The notes under the pieces are model-generated. The model saw only the letters and a list, made by a program, of their open reading frames with translations, made no database searches and was not told the origin of the DNA. A program made the position numbers and the translations under genes. A stretch of 64,000 nt of DNA, taken from assembly GCA_017501545.1 (NCBI GenBank), contig JAFVWS010000035.1:11408-75407 (forward strand), written 5' to 3'. How positions within the stretch are numbered: the stretch's first letter is position 1; the number at the start of each line of letters is the position of its first letter. Source of the stretch: Clostridia bacterium. Lineage in GTDB: Bacteria > Bacillota > Clostridia > Oscillospirales > CAG-272. Below, one piece after another: positions 56,045 through 64,000 of this stretch.

Positions 56045-57285
56045 TATTCGTAAATTGGATACTTTTCGCAGATTTTTGTAACCTCATCACGAATGTAGTC
56101 AGCCTTTTCTTCAAACTCAGTTGCGCAAAGCTTAATGAGCTTGCCAAGCTTAACCATATCGTCCTCCTTAAGGCCACGTGAGGTAACAGCAGGAGTACCA
56201 ATTCTTACACCACTTGTAACAAATGGCTTCTCTGGGTCGTTTGGAATTGCGTTTTTGTTAACTGTGATATAGCACTCGTCAAGACGCTTTTCAAGCTCCT
56301 TACCAGTAATCTTGAATGGACGAAGGTCAAGAAGCATTAGGTGGTTGTCTGTTCCACCTGATACGAGATCAAAGCCCTCGGCAAGAAGCGTATCGGCAAG
56401 AGCCTTTGCGTTTTTAACGATTTGCTCCTGATATTCCTTAAATTCTGGCTTGAGCGCCTCACCAAAGCAAACTGCCTTTGATGCAATTGTGTGCATAAGT
56501 GGGCCACCCTGTGTGCCTGGAAAGATAGCCTTGTCAATCGCCTTAGCATATTCCTCACGGCAAAGGATAAGACCACCACGTGGACCTCTTAAGGTCTTAT
56601 GTGTAGTTGTAGTTACGATATCTGCATAAGGAACTGGAGATGGATGAAGTCCTGTTGCAACAAGACCTGCAATGTGCGCCATATCTACCATAAAGATAGC
56701 GCCAACCTCCTTTGCAATCTTTGAAATTCTTTCAAAATCAATTACTCTTGGATAAGCAGATGCACCAGCAACGATAAGCTTTGGCATTGCCTCCTTTGCA
56801 ATTCTCTCAAGCTCATCATAATCGATAAAGCCGTCGTCATTTACTCCGTAAGGAACAAAATTAAAGTATGAGCCTGACATATTTACAGGGCTACCGTGTG
56901 TTAAGTGACCGCCGTGTGCAAGGTTCATACCAAGGACTGTGTCACCTGGCTTTAAAAGTGCGAAATATACAGCTGTGTTAGCTTGTGCGCCACTGTGTGG
57001 CTGTACGTTTGCGTGGTCAGCACCAAAAAGCTTGCACGCACGCTCAATAGCGATTTTTTCTACAACGTCAACGCATTCACATCCGCCGTAATATCTCTTA
57101 TCTGGATATCCCTCTGCATATTTATTTGTAAGAGGTGTGCCCATCGCAATCATAACTGCTTCAGAAACTAAATTTTCAGATGCAATTAGTTCAAGTCCTC
57201 TTCTTTGTCTTTTTAGCTCGCTTGCAACTGCATCGGCAACGTCTTTATCATATGTGCCGAGAGTGTCAATAATCTTGTTTACCAT
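56044..57285 (-). CDS. glyA: serine hydroxymethyltransferase
   Basis: Reads LIASEN, YAEGYP..RYYGG, the PLP-Lys motif [14 protein letters not shown], and GTQGGPL. Confidence 0.95.
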   Translation of the reverse strand: MVNKIIDTLGTYDKDVADAVASELKRQRRGLELIASENLVSEAVMIAMGTPLTNKYAEGYPDKRYYGGCECVDVVEKIAIERACKLFGADHANVQPHSGAQANTAVYFALLKPGDTVLGMNLAHGGHLTHGSPVNMSGSYFNFVPYGVNDDGFIDYDELERIAKEAMPKLIVAGASAYPRVIDFERISKIAKEVGAIFMVDMAHIAGLVATGLHPSPVPYADIVTTTTHKTLRGPRGGLILCREEYAKAIDKAIFPGTQGGPLMHTIASKAVCFGEALKPEFKEYQEQIVKNAKALADTLLAEGFDLVSGGTDNHLMLLDLRPFKITGKELEKRLDECYITVNKNAIPNDPEKPFVTSGVRIGTPAVTSRGLKEDDMVKLGKLIKLCATEFEEKADYIRDEVTKICEKYPIYE

Positions 57286-57473
57286 ATCTGCCTCCAGAGT
57301 AATATAAATTTATATTCCAATTATACATTATTTTAGTCTCAAAATCAATAGATTTTTTCGTTTTGGACGCTTTTGTTGTCCCTATCCTTCTCTTTTTTGG
57401 CTACAAAATTCACAAAAAAGTAAAAAATGTGCGACCAAGTGTGCGTTTTTTTGAAAAAATTAGGTAAAAATTA

Positions 57474-57502
57474 TTGACAAAAAATATTACTTATTGTATA
57501 AT
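57474..57502 (+). promoter_or_regulatory. consensus sigma-A promoter
   Basis: TTGACA (57474-57479), a 17-nt spacer, then TATAAT (57497-57502). Confidence 0.7.
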
Positions 57503-57540
57503 AAAACTATCAAAATTTATTTACATGTGGAGGGATTGAA

Positions 57541-59133
57541 ATGGAATTTGCAAAAGTTCTATTCGGTGCTGGATTTGATCTTTTAAATCTTAGCCCTATC
57601 GTTTGCGGTGTTGTGCTTGGCGTTTGCGCTATTTTTGCCATCGTTGCCGCACTCATTCGTTGTCAGGTTGTTTATGTAGACACTGACGGTGACTATGAAA
57701 TTGAATATGAAAAGAAGAAGTGGCTATCTAAGGTAGTTCTTCGTCCTGCCTCAAAGCAAGGTAAGACCTTTGTTGGTTGGAGCCTTGATGAAAAGGGCGA
57801 GACTATGGTTTCTGAGCCAGAATTTCTTTTAACACATACTGTTGTTCTCTATGCTATTTGGGCTGACGAGAAGGAAGCAAAGGCTGCTACTGAAAAGGCA
57901 GACGGCGTATTCGTTCAGCTTAACTACCTTGATGCTGAGGGTGAGGACATCATTAAATCAACATCTGTTAAGGTTAATACAGTTCTCCCTGAGGATCAGG
58001 ATACTCCTATTAACGTTAAGGGATGGAGCTTTGAAAAGGGTGGCGAAATCGTTCTTAGTGGCGAGGACGTTAATGCAGTATTTGCAATCAACCTTTACCC
58101 AATCTTCGACCCTAAGGCTGAGGCAAACGAGGACGGCTTTAACGGCAGTGCTGTAGTTGAGCTTCTATTTGTAAACAGCGAAAATGATGAGCACATTTAC
58201 AAGGAATCACACTACGTTGATCTTAATGCGCCTGACACATTCCTTTCAAGCAACACATTTATTGGCTGGGGTGTTGAGGCAAATGGTGAGGCAATCATCG
58301 AAAAGGGTGAAAACGACTCAGTATTTACAATTCAACTATTCTCTGTAGGTCTTGAAAAGGCTGAGGCTGAAGAGACTCCTTCAGAGGAGGCAGCTATAGA
58401 GGCAGTAGAAGAAACACCTTCAGAAGAGGCTCCTTCAGAGGAGGCAACCGAAGAGGTAGTAGAAGAAACACCTTCAGAAGAGGTTTACGAGGAGGCTCCT
58501 TCAGAAGAAGCAGTTGAGGAAGCTCCCGTTGAGGAAGCTCCTGTTGAAGAGGCACCTGCCGAGGAAATTGCTCCAACTATCGTTCCTACATACTTCGATA
58601 ACGAAGGCAACAAGATTGAAATTAGATACAGCCGTAGCTTTACAGCTAACCTCATTCAATCAGAGGACGGCGTTAAGGACTTCTATTCACAGCTTAAGAA
58701 CCACATTCTTTCATACAAGGGTGTTAAATCAAAGATTAGCTGGAAGTTCGATAGCTACAACAGAGGTCGTGACCAGCTCTTCAAGCTCAAACTTCGTGGT
58801 AAGACAATCCTTCTCTACTGCGCACTTGACCCAGAGGAATTTGAAAAGTCCAAGTACCACCACGAGTCAATTAACGCAAAGATTTTCGCTGACGTTCCAA
58901 TGCTTCTCAAGATTAAGAGTGGCTTAGGACTACGTAAGGCTAAGGAAATTGTTGACGTTGTTATGGCTAAGTTTGGCATTGAGCCAAATCCAAAGGCTAA
59001 GACTGTTGACTACGTAAGCGAGTACCCATATGCTGAAACTGAAGCACTTCTCGAGCAAAAGCTTGTTAAGGCTTTAGAGGCTGACAACTCAATTATTGTT
59101 AAGTCAAGCAAGGAAAAGAACGACGAGGAATAA
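57541..59133 (+). CDS. membrane-anchored protein with Listeria-Bacteroides-type repeat motifs, an acidic tandem-repeat linker and a conserved C-terminal domain of unknown function
   Basis: N-terminal TM LSPIVCGVVLGVCAIFAIVAALI. Three F.GW....G motifs (FVGWSLDEKGE, VKGWSFEKGGE, FIGWGVEANGE). An EE(T/A)PSEEA repeat block. C-terminus RYSRSFTANL...KLRGKTILLYCALDPEEFEKSKY. Confidence 0.6.
   Translation: MEFAKVLFGAGFDLLNLSPIVCGVVLGVCAIFAIVAALIRCQVVYVDTDGDYEIEYEKKKWLSKVVLRPASKQGKTFVGWSLDEKGETMVSEPEFLLTHTVVLYAIWADEKEAKAATEKADGVFVQLNYLDAEGEDIIKSTSVKVNTVLPEDQDTPINVKGWSFEKGGEIVLSGEDVNAVFAINLYPIFDPKAEANEDGFNGSAVVELLFVNSENDEHIYKESHYVDLNAPDTFLSSNTFIGWGVEANGEAIIEKGENDSVFTIQLFSVGLEKAEAEETPSEEAAIEAVEETPSEEAPSEEATEEVVEETPSEEVYEEAPSEEAVEEAPVEEAPVEEAPAEEIAPTIVPTYFDNEGNKIEIRYSRSFTANLIQSEDGVKDFYSQLKNHILSYKGVKSKISWKFDSYNRGRDQLFKLKLRGKTILLYCALDPEEFEKSKYHHESINAKIFADVPMLLKIKSGLGLRKAKEIVDVVMAKFGIEPNPKAKTVDYVSEYPYAETEALLEQKLVKALEADNSIIVKSSKEKNDEE
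58369..58566 (+). repeat. in-frame acidic tandem repeats (E-E-T/A-P-S/V-E-E-A units)
   Basis: The nucleotide-level repeat GAAGAAACACCTTCAGAAGAGG occurs twice, and GAGGAAGCTCC(C/T)GTTGA occurs twice. Confidence 0.8.
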
Positions 59134-59140
59134 TTTTAAA

Positions 59141-59172
59141 GGGGTGTCGCATTTGCGACGCCCCTATTTTTA
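59141..59172 (+). terminator. intrinsic terminator
   Basis: GGGGTGTCGC-ATTT-GCGACGCCCC followed by TATTTTTA. Confidence 0.8.
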
Positions 59173-59178
59173 CTTAGG

Positions 59179-59206
59179 AAAAGGACGGAAAACTCCGTCC
59201 TTTTTT
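59179..59206. terminator. bidirectional intrinsic terminator (serves the minus-strand GH78-like gene)
   Basis: AAAAGGACGG-AAAACT-CCGTCCTTTTTT. Confidence 0.8.
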
Positions 59207-61100
59207 ATTTTAGAATATTGTAGTAATATACTGGTATTGCGCTCCAGCCGTGACAAAGGCTACCAGAGCCGTCAAAGTCCTCAGCGCCAAGCACCGTTTC
59301 CCAAGCTGTGCCCGTTTCTATCATATGAGTATAGTTTTCTCTTATTTCGTTTAGTATGTAGTCCTTATAGCCCTTATCTACGCTAAGAAGTGCATCGTAT
59401 GCAAAGCATTTCATACTAAGTGATGATGAAATTAGCTCCCTTTCCGCTATCTTTTTTGCAATTATAGATTTTTGCGTGTCATCTAAAACTCCACTTAGCA
59501 CGCCAAGTGCGTTTGTAAGCTCTAATTTGCCATCGCCATCAAATAAAAAGATGCCCTCTTTTTCATCGTAAAATTTCAAAACAACATTTTTTGTTGCTTC
59601 TTTAATTTTGTCCTCATACGCAAAATCAAAGCCTACGATTTTGCAAATTTCCTTATAACACTTAAGCGCGATTATAAATAACAGATTTATATTAGGGTCG
59701 CTTTTTGCTTCCTCCGCTTTGTAGAGTGAGCCACTAAGATATGGCGTCCAGTCGTAAAAATTCCAATGGCACTCCTTGCCAAAGCGCTTTACAAGTCCGT
59801 TTTCGGAGTTGTTTATAAACGTTTTTATTATTTCATTTATCTTGTCGTTTGCTTCAAAAATTATACTTTTATCGCCTGTGTATTTCAAATACTCATAAAG
59901 CGAAATTATATAGTATAGTGAAAAAGATGGGATTGTAAGGTCAACACCACAGGGATAGCATATTGAAAGCAGTCCGTCATCACGCCTATCCATAGACATA
60001 AGCTTAAGGTTTGAGCGTGCATATTCAAAATTACCACCCTCAAATGCATAGTAGCCACAAAGCATTTGGTTTCGCGAGTCGAATGCATATAAGCACTGCT
60101 CTCTGTGTGGGCAGTCAACGTAATGCTCCATCATGCAAAGCTCCAAGGTGTTTTGGCACATTTCGTAAATCTTAGCGTCAAGCTCACCACTTGGCAAAAA
60201 GTCAGCTCTTTTAGTAGGATAATACTCTCTTTGAATACCTATTTTATTTATTTTAATAGGCGCATCAAAGCTTATATCTAAATATCTGCATGCAAATCTA
60301 AGCATATGGTGTGAAAAGATATTTTTGCCCTTTTTCGCCTTATAGTCAATGCTAAAATCCCTGTCCCAAATCTTTCTTTTTACCCTGCCGTTTTCCAAAA
60401 GATATTCATGGTAGGCTATATTTATATTTGTTTCCTTTTCTGCCTCAATTTCAAAGAAAAGATGACCTACAACCTCCTTGCCAAGGTCGTAAATTTGATA
60501 GCCGTCCCCATTTGTATGAAGCTTGCCCTCGAATCTTGCACCAAGCTGCTGCTTTTGGATTGGACGCGCAAAAAATGATGCTTCCTTGTCTATTATTGTA
60601 GCATTAAAAAAGCCTTCTCCTTTGCCAAGGGGCCACTCGTCCTCCTTGGTGCTATCATATGAATAGCCATAGCCAAGCTGTGAGGAAATAAATCTGCAAA
60701 AGCCACTTTTATATGCTTTGCTTTGACGGCACATAATATCTTTTCCACTTGATAAAACGCACGCTTCATTCGAAATTACCTCAAAAATAAGCCCCGGCTT
60801 ATACGGCTTGTATCTTGAAAAGCCCTTACCCGTATGGTGGACTAAAACACCTATTATGTTTTCTTTTTCTGTAAGATGTGCGCCTAAATCTATTTTATCG
60901 TAAACCTTATAATGCTCAAAATCGCCGTATTGATTAGAGGCTACATACTCTCCGTTTACAAAGAGTGTATAGTTGCCATCACAGCTTAAATTTATATATG
61001 CACTGTCCTTTGCTGGTAGCTTAAAATAAAACTCACAGTAATCATCTGGGGTGTCTATATTAGAATACCAAATCCATTTTGCTTTTTCAAATACAGTCAT
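59205..61100 (-). CDS. GH78-related (alpha-L-rhamnosidase-like six-hairpin) glycoside hydrolase, cytoplasmic
   Basis: 631 aa with no signal peptide. The N-terminus KAKWIWY...YCEFYFKL.. is like the rhamnosidase N-terminal domain. VDCPHREQCLYAFDSRNQ parallels the GH78 DCPxRE motif. WETV and HGWSA lie in the C-terminal half. Confidence 0.6.
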   Translation of the reverse strand: MTVFEKAKWIWYSNIDTPDDYCEFYFKLPAKDSAYINLSCDGNYTLFVNGEYVASNQYGDFEHYKVYDKIDLGAHLTEKENIIGVLVHHTGKGFSRYKPYKPGLIFEVISNEACVLSSGKDIMCRQSKAYKSGFCRFISSQLGYGYSYDSTKEDEWPLGKGEGFFNATIIDKEASFFARPIQKQQLGARFEGKLHTNGDGYQIYDLGKEVVGHLFFEIEAEKETNINIAYHEYLLENGRVKRKIWDRDFSIDYKAKKGKNIFSHHMLRFACRYLDISFDAPIKINKIGIQREYYPTKRADFLPSGELDAKIYEMCQNTLELCMMEHYVDCPHREQCLYAFDSRNQMLCGYYAFEGGNFEYARSNLKLMSMDRRDDGLLSICYPCGVDLTIPSFSLYYIISLYEYLKYTGDKSIIFEANDKINEIIKTFINNSENGLVKRFGKECHWNFYDWTPYLSGSLYKAEEAKSDPNINLLFIIALKCYKEICKIVGFDFAYEDKIKEATKNVVLKFYDEKEGIFLFDGDGKLELTNALGVLSGVLDDTQKSIIAKKIAERELISSSLSMKCFAYDALLSVDKGYKDYILNEIRENYTHMIETGTAWETVLGAEDFDGSGSLCHGWSAIPVYYYNILK

Positions 61101-61652
61101 TTAATTTTCCTCGTATCTTGGCAAGCTTACAAGCGTTGGTGTATGTCCAACCGCCGGTAAATACTTTTCAAGTAAATCCCTTGTTCTTATTTTCAAGCTT
61201 GAGGTGTTTATGCATGGATGACACCCAACAAACTCAGGCGCTAAAACGTCTTTATCAATTGCCAAGTGAATTTTATGCTCGGTGTCGTTAATCAGCCCCA
61301 TTATACTAACTGAGCCAGGGGTTAAATCAAGCATTTTTTCAAGGTCCTCACTTGTGCCAAAGGAAAGGCGCGAGGAGCCCATAAGAGGTGAAAAGTCCTT
61401 GGTTTTAAAAACCTTATCGCCAGGCATCATAAGTAAATAATACTCTGTTTTTTGCCTGTTGCAAAGGAAAAGATTTTTACAAATAACCGTGTTTAGTTCC
61501 TTTTCTATTTTCTCGCATTTTTCCATTGTGTCAGCCTCGTTATGGTCAACGCGATAATACTCAATTCCTAATTTATCTAAAAAGTCGTATACCTTAATTT
61601 CCTTTGAAAGTCTGCCCTCACAGCTTGAGGGTCTGCCTACGTAAACTTGCAT
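61101..61652 (-). CDS. YbaK/ProX-type prolyl-tRNA-synthetase-associated (aminoacyl-tRNA deacylase) domain protein
   Basis: 183 aa. KNLFLCNRQKTEYYLLMMPGDKVFKTKDF...GSVSIMGLIND....HL.ID is typical of the ProX/YbaK family. Its stop abuts the ATG of the GH78-like gene. Confidence 0.7.
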   Translation of the reverse strand: MQVYVGRPSSCEGRLSKEIKVYDFLDKLGIEYYRVDHNEADTMEKCEKIEKELNTVICKNLFLCNRQKTEYYLLMMPGDKVFKTKDFSPLMGSSRLSFGTSEDLEKMLDLTPGSVSIMGLINDTEHKIHLAIDKDVLAPEFVGCHPCINTSSLKIRTRDLLEKYLPAVGHTPTLVSLPRYEEN

Positions 61653-61861
61653 TTTTTGTCCTCTTTTTTAGTTGTCCCATTTTTAAGACTACCCACCAAT
61701 ATATCACATTTTGCCATTGACTAAGAGATAGGAGTAGCTTAAAATATAAGTGTAGTTAGGTGGGCATTTCCCCGTTTGCTCTTTTTTGTCAAAAATTTCA
61801 AATTATTTTGAAATCGTGACAGGCTTCGACAAAAATTACCTAACGCGCACTGTATAATTTT

Positions 61862-61890
61862 ATTATAGAGTTGAATTTATAAAAAGTCAA
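61862..61890 (-). promoter_or_regulatory. sigma-A-type promoter for the ybaK-like operon
   Basis: Minus strand reads TTGACT (61890-61885), a 17-nt spacer, then TATAAT (61867-61862). This leaves a ~200-nt leader. Confidence 0.6.
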
Positions 61891-61965
61891 GCGTATTCTT
61901 CTCCACCTTGGCTTTTAGTCGGCTATTTAATTATCTCTGTTGTTTTTTAAATAGGAAGCGAGAAA

Positions 61966-62361
61966 ATGAAGGAAATAAATGAGGTAAAAAAGGACTTAAG
62001 AGAGCTAAAAAAACTAACGCACGCATCAAGGGCTATTGAGTCAGCCGTAAAGACACATCTTGCAAGAATAAAAACACTTAAAAATCTCCCCTCAAGTGAA
62101 AGAATAAGCACTCTAATTTCAAAGGAGGAGGAGCTTTTAAAGAGTCTTAATACGCTTGGCAAGATTGAAGATGCACAGCTACTTGAAAATAAATATATGG
62201 AGGCAATTATGTCCCTTGACCCAACGGACAAGACAATTGCGCTTAACACCTACATAAACGGCGTTCCATACTGGAAAACCGGCATCGAGCTTGGCTTTAG
62301 CGAGGAGGGCGTGCGCAAAAGAATTACTAAAATTATTAAAAAAATTGCATTGTCACTATAA
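61966..62361 (+). CDS. small sigma-70 region-4-like HTH protein (phage DUF1492/ArpU-like transcription regulator type)
   Basis: 131 aa. The N-terminal part is coiled-coil-like. The C-terminal part reads DKTIALNTYINGVPYWKTGIELGFSEEGVRKRITKIIKKIA and resembles the region 4.2 HTH. AGGAAG RBS upstream. Confidence 0.5.
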   Translation: MKEINEVKKDLRELKKLTHASRAIESAVKTHLARIKTLKNLPSSERISTLISKEEELLKSLNTLGKIEDAQLLENKYMEAIMSLDPTDKTIALNTYINGVPYWKTGIELGFSEEGVRKRITKIIKKIALSL

Positions 62362-62365
62362 AAGA

Positions 62366-62394
62366 AAAACGGCTTGAAATCAAGCCGTTTTTTA
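62366..62394. terminator. bidirectional intrinsic terminator
   Basis: AAAAACGGCTTGA-AAT-CAAGCCGTTTTT. Confidence 0.85.
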
Positions 62395-62395
62395 T

Positions 62396-64000
62396 TTAAT
62401 CCTTATAGTTCTTTGCTTTGGTGTTCCATTCATCTACTTTATCTTTAGCATTAGAAAACTGCTCAAAATAATATGTCGTAAACGGTGATGAGTTTAGAGT
62501 TGCATTCGAAATTGTATCCGACTGCACGCTTGTCATAAGCCTTTGACCCATTGCTTCGTATATATAGCCTTGGTCGTATAAGAGGCATGAGAAAATGTAA
62601 TTCTTAACTATATCAATGTTTTCCTCGTCGTATAGCTTTGAGTTTATTTCCTGATAAAATGCACTCATTACGTACTCTTGACCAGTAGAGGAAAGAACGT
62701 CAAAGAAATATTCAGACATTTCTCTGTCAGTTGTACACCTTGGAATACACATTACTGTACCCTGCGCAGCAAATGGGGTATGGTAGCTTTCTTGGTCAGC
62801 ATTTAGCTTAGGCATAGGCAATACAGCTATAGGCTCAGAAAATGTGAACATCTTTTGTGCTGCCTCGTGGTAGAAAAGAAGTCTGCCATTTTCAAATGAA
62901 TCAAAGATTGATGAGTATCCGCCATTCCAGTTTGTTCTTGCCCAGGTTGAATCTCTTACACCAACAAGCTCACTTACAAGCTCTGAAACGGTTGAAGGGC
63001 TGTCATTTAGTGAAATTATATAATAATGCTCACTCTTATTTTCAGAGCTTCTGTCAACGCTAACCTGCTGAATTCCACTTGATTGGAAGAATGAAGTCAA
63101 GTTTGTTGTACCGAAGCCATATGTATCTGTGTCCTGGTAACCCGTTTCTCCATCATTGTCAGCGCCAACAAGCGATGCCCACTTTGAAAGCTCAGCAATT
63201 GTCCAAGTTCCATTTTCCACCGCATCAAAAAGGTTAGGGAAATTGTCAATATCATCTGTCATTTTTTGGTTATAGTAAACAACAAATGATGTAAATTCAT
63301 CAAGGTAGCTAAAGTCACCTGCGACATAGAAGGTGTGACCATATACCGAGAAGGAATCTACTGATGCTTGATTATAGTATGGCTTTGTTAGGTCAATGTA
63401 CTCACTATTTGCAAGGTCGTAAACTGTGTTGGCAGCGATTAATGCTTGTGCCTCATAGCCACGTGGCATTGCTATGTGATACTTGGCATAGCCAGCCTCA
63501 AGACCTGATTGCATTTCGTTTTGCATTGAGAAGTTACTTGCTGCTCTGTGCCACTTAAGTGTAACACCGTAGGCTTCTTCAATCGCTTTCTGCCTTGCCC
63601 ATACTGCGCTATTAATTCTTGCGCCCACATTTATGCCAGAATTATAGTTATCTGCATTTACGTAAAGCTCAGGCTGTGACCAAATACCCGTTGTTGTGGA
63701 ATCTGCCCCCCAGCCATTTGCCAAGATGTCAAGCGTTTGTCCCTTCCACTTTTGGGTCTGGTCTATTATTTCATCCTCCTCAAGCTCTCTAGTATAAGCT
63801 TGGTCGCAGTCCTGACAATAATACGTTACTGTGCCTGCCTCGTAATCAATTACTTTTCCAGTTGTGCCGTCATAATCCTCTCTTTCATATGTGTGACCGA
63901 GCTTTGGAAGTGTTAGGCGGTTGCCATCACCTGAGCCACAATATTCGCAAACCATATCCGTATAACCAGATTTTGTGCATGTTGGTTCCTTTGTATCTGG
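62396..64000 (-). CDS. extracellular solute-binding-protein-like domain preceded by Cys-rich CxxC modules; the 5' end lies beyond the window
   Basis: The reading frame stays open upstream of the track's ATG 63955 to the window edge (PDTKEPTCTKSGYTDMVCEYCGS..). The C-terminal ~430 aa resemble large family-1 sugar-binding lipoproteins (by recollection, not searched). Module motifs are CTKSGY..CEYCG...LPKLGH and YYCQDCDQAY. Confidence 0.55.
   Translation of the reverse strand, partial: PDTKEPTCTKSGYTDMVCEYCGSGDGNRLTLPKLGHTYEREDYDGTTGKVIDYEAGTVTYYCQDCDQAYTRELEEDEIIDQTQKWKGQTLDILANGWGADSTTTGIWSQPELYVNADNYNSGINVGARINSAVWARQKAIEEAYGVTLKWHRAASNFSMQNEMQSGLEAGYAKYHIAMPRGYEAQALIAANTVYDLANSEYIDLTKPYYNQASVDSFSVYGHTFYVAGDFSYLDEFTSFVVYYNQKMTDDIDNFPNLFDAVENGTWTIAELSKWASLVGADNDGETGYQDTDTYGFGTTNLTSFFQSSGIQQVSVDRSSENKSEHYYIISLNDSPSTVSELVSELVGVRDSTWARTNWNGGYSSIFDSFENGRLLFYHEAAQKMFTFSEPIAVLPMPKLNADQESYHTPFAAQGTVMCIPRCTTDREMSEYFFDVLSSTGQEYVMSAFYQEINSKLYDEENIDIVKNYIFSCLLYDQGYIYEAMGQRLMTSVQSDTISNATLNSSPFTTYYFEQFSNAKDKVDEWNTKAKNYKD

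Noticed and set aside
58369-58566. Tandem DNA repeats as a non-coding satellite or CRISPR-like array
   Set aside because: The repeats are in frame within a long ORF and encode an acidic EE(T/A)PSEEA linker. There is no spacer structure.
61653-61860. T-box riboswitch upstream of the ybaK/ProX-like gene
   Set aside because: Only a loose GGTGGGTAG match to the T-box core (GGGTGGTACCGCG) is present. I find no convincing Stem I/specifier architecture and no GC-rich terminator or sequestrator hairpin after it.

Overview
This 64-kb window reads as a chromosomal segment of a low-GC Gram-positive genome, probably class Clostridia. That placement is an inference from three things: the IspH-S1 fusion, the cmk-plsC-ispH/S1 gene order, and AT-rich spacers with strong GGAGG ribosome-binding sites. 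I support about 51 protein-coding genes, most of them housekeeping: asnS, cmk, plsC, ispH/S1, nnr, mnmA, topB, tsaD, dnaD/dnaI-like, rplJ-rplL with an L10 leader, cysK, ppdK, rnr, secG and glyA. Accessory genes are interspersed. They include a GT2 gene and a GT8-TagF fusion, an Mrr-type nuclease with a hydrolase, two tandem BspA-type LRR surface proteins, an ArsR/P-type ATPase metal pair, two GH78-like genes, a GldA/F/G-like ABC operon that ends in a GH94-like phosphorylase, and a lone sigma-70 region-4-like gene. I found no rRNA, tRNA, CRISPR array, transposase, integrase or clear prophage. I see no compelling complete novel system. The items most worth a second look are listed here in no strict order. 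(1) A GC-rich, structured 420-bp intergenic island downstream of ppdK, bracketed by three copies of a hairpin unit. (2) The five-gene ABC-2/GldG-like/DUF4340-like/GH94-like operon. (3) A ~470-bp module, including the terminator, shared at the 3' ends of the two LRR genes. (4) An ABC-F ATPase whose second ATP site is degenerate in every motif. (5) An Mrr-like nuclease plus alpha/beta-hydrolase cassette. All functional calls come from reading motifs in the translations by eye. No database search was run.
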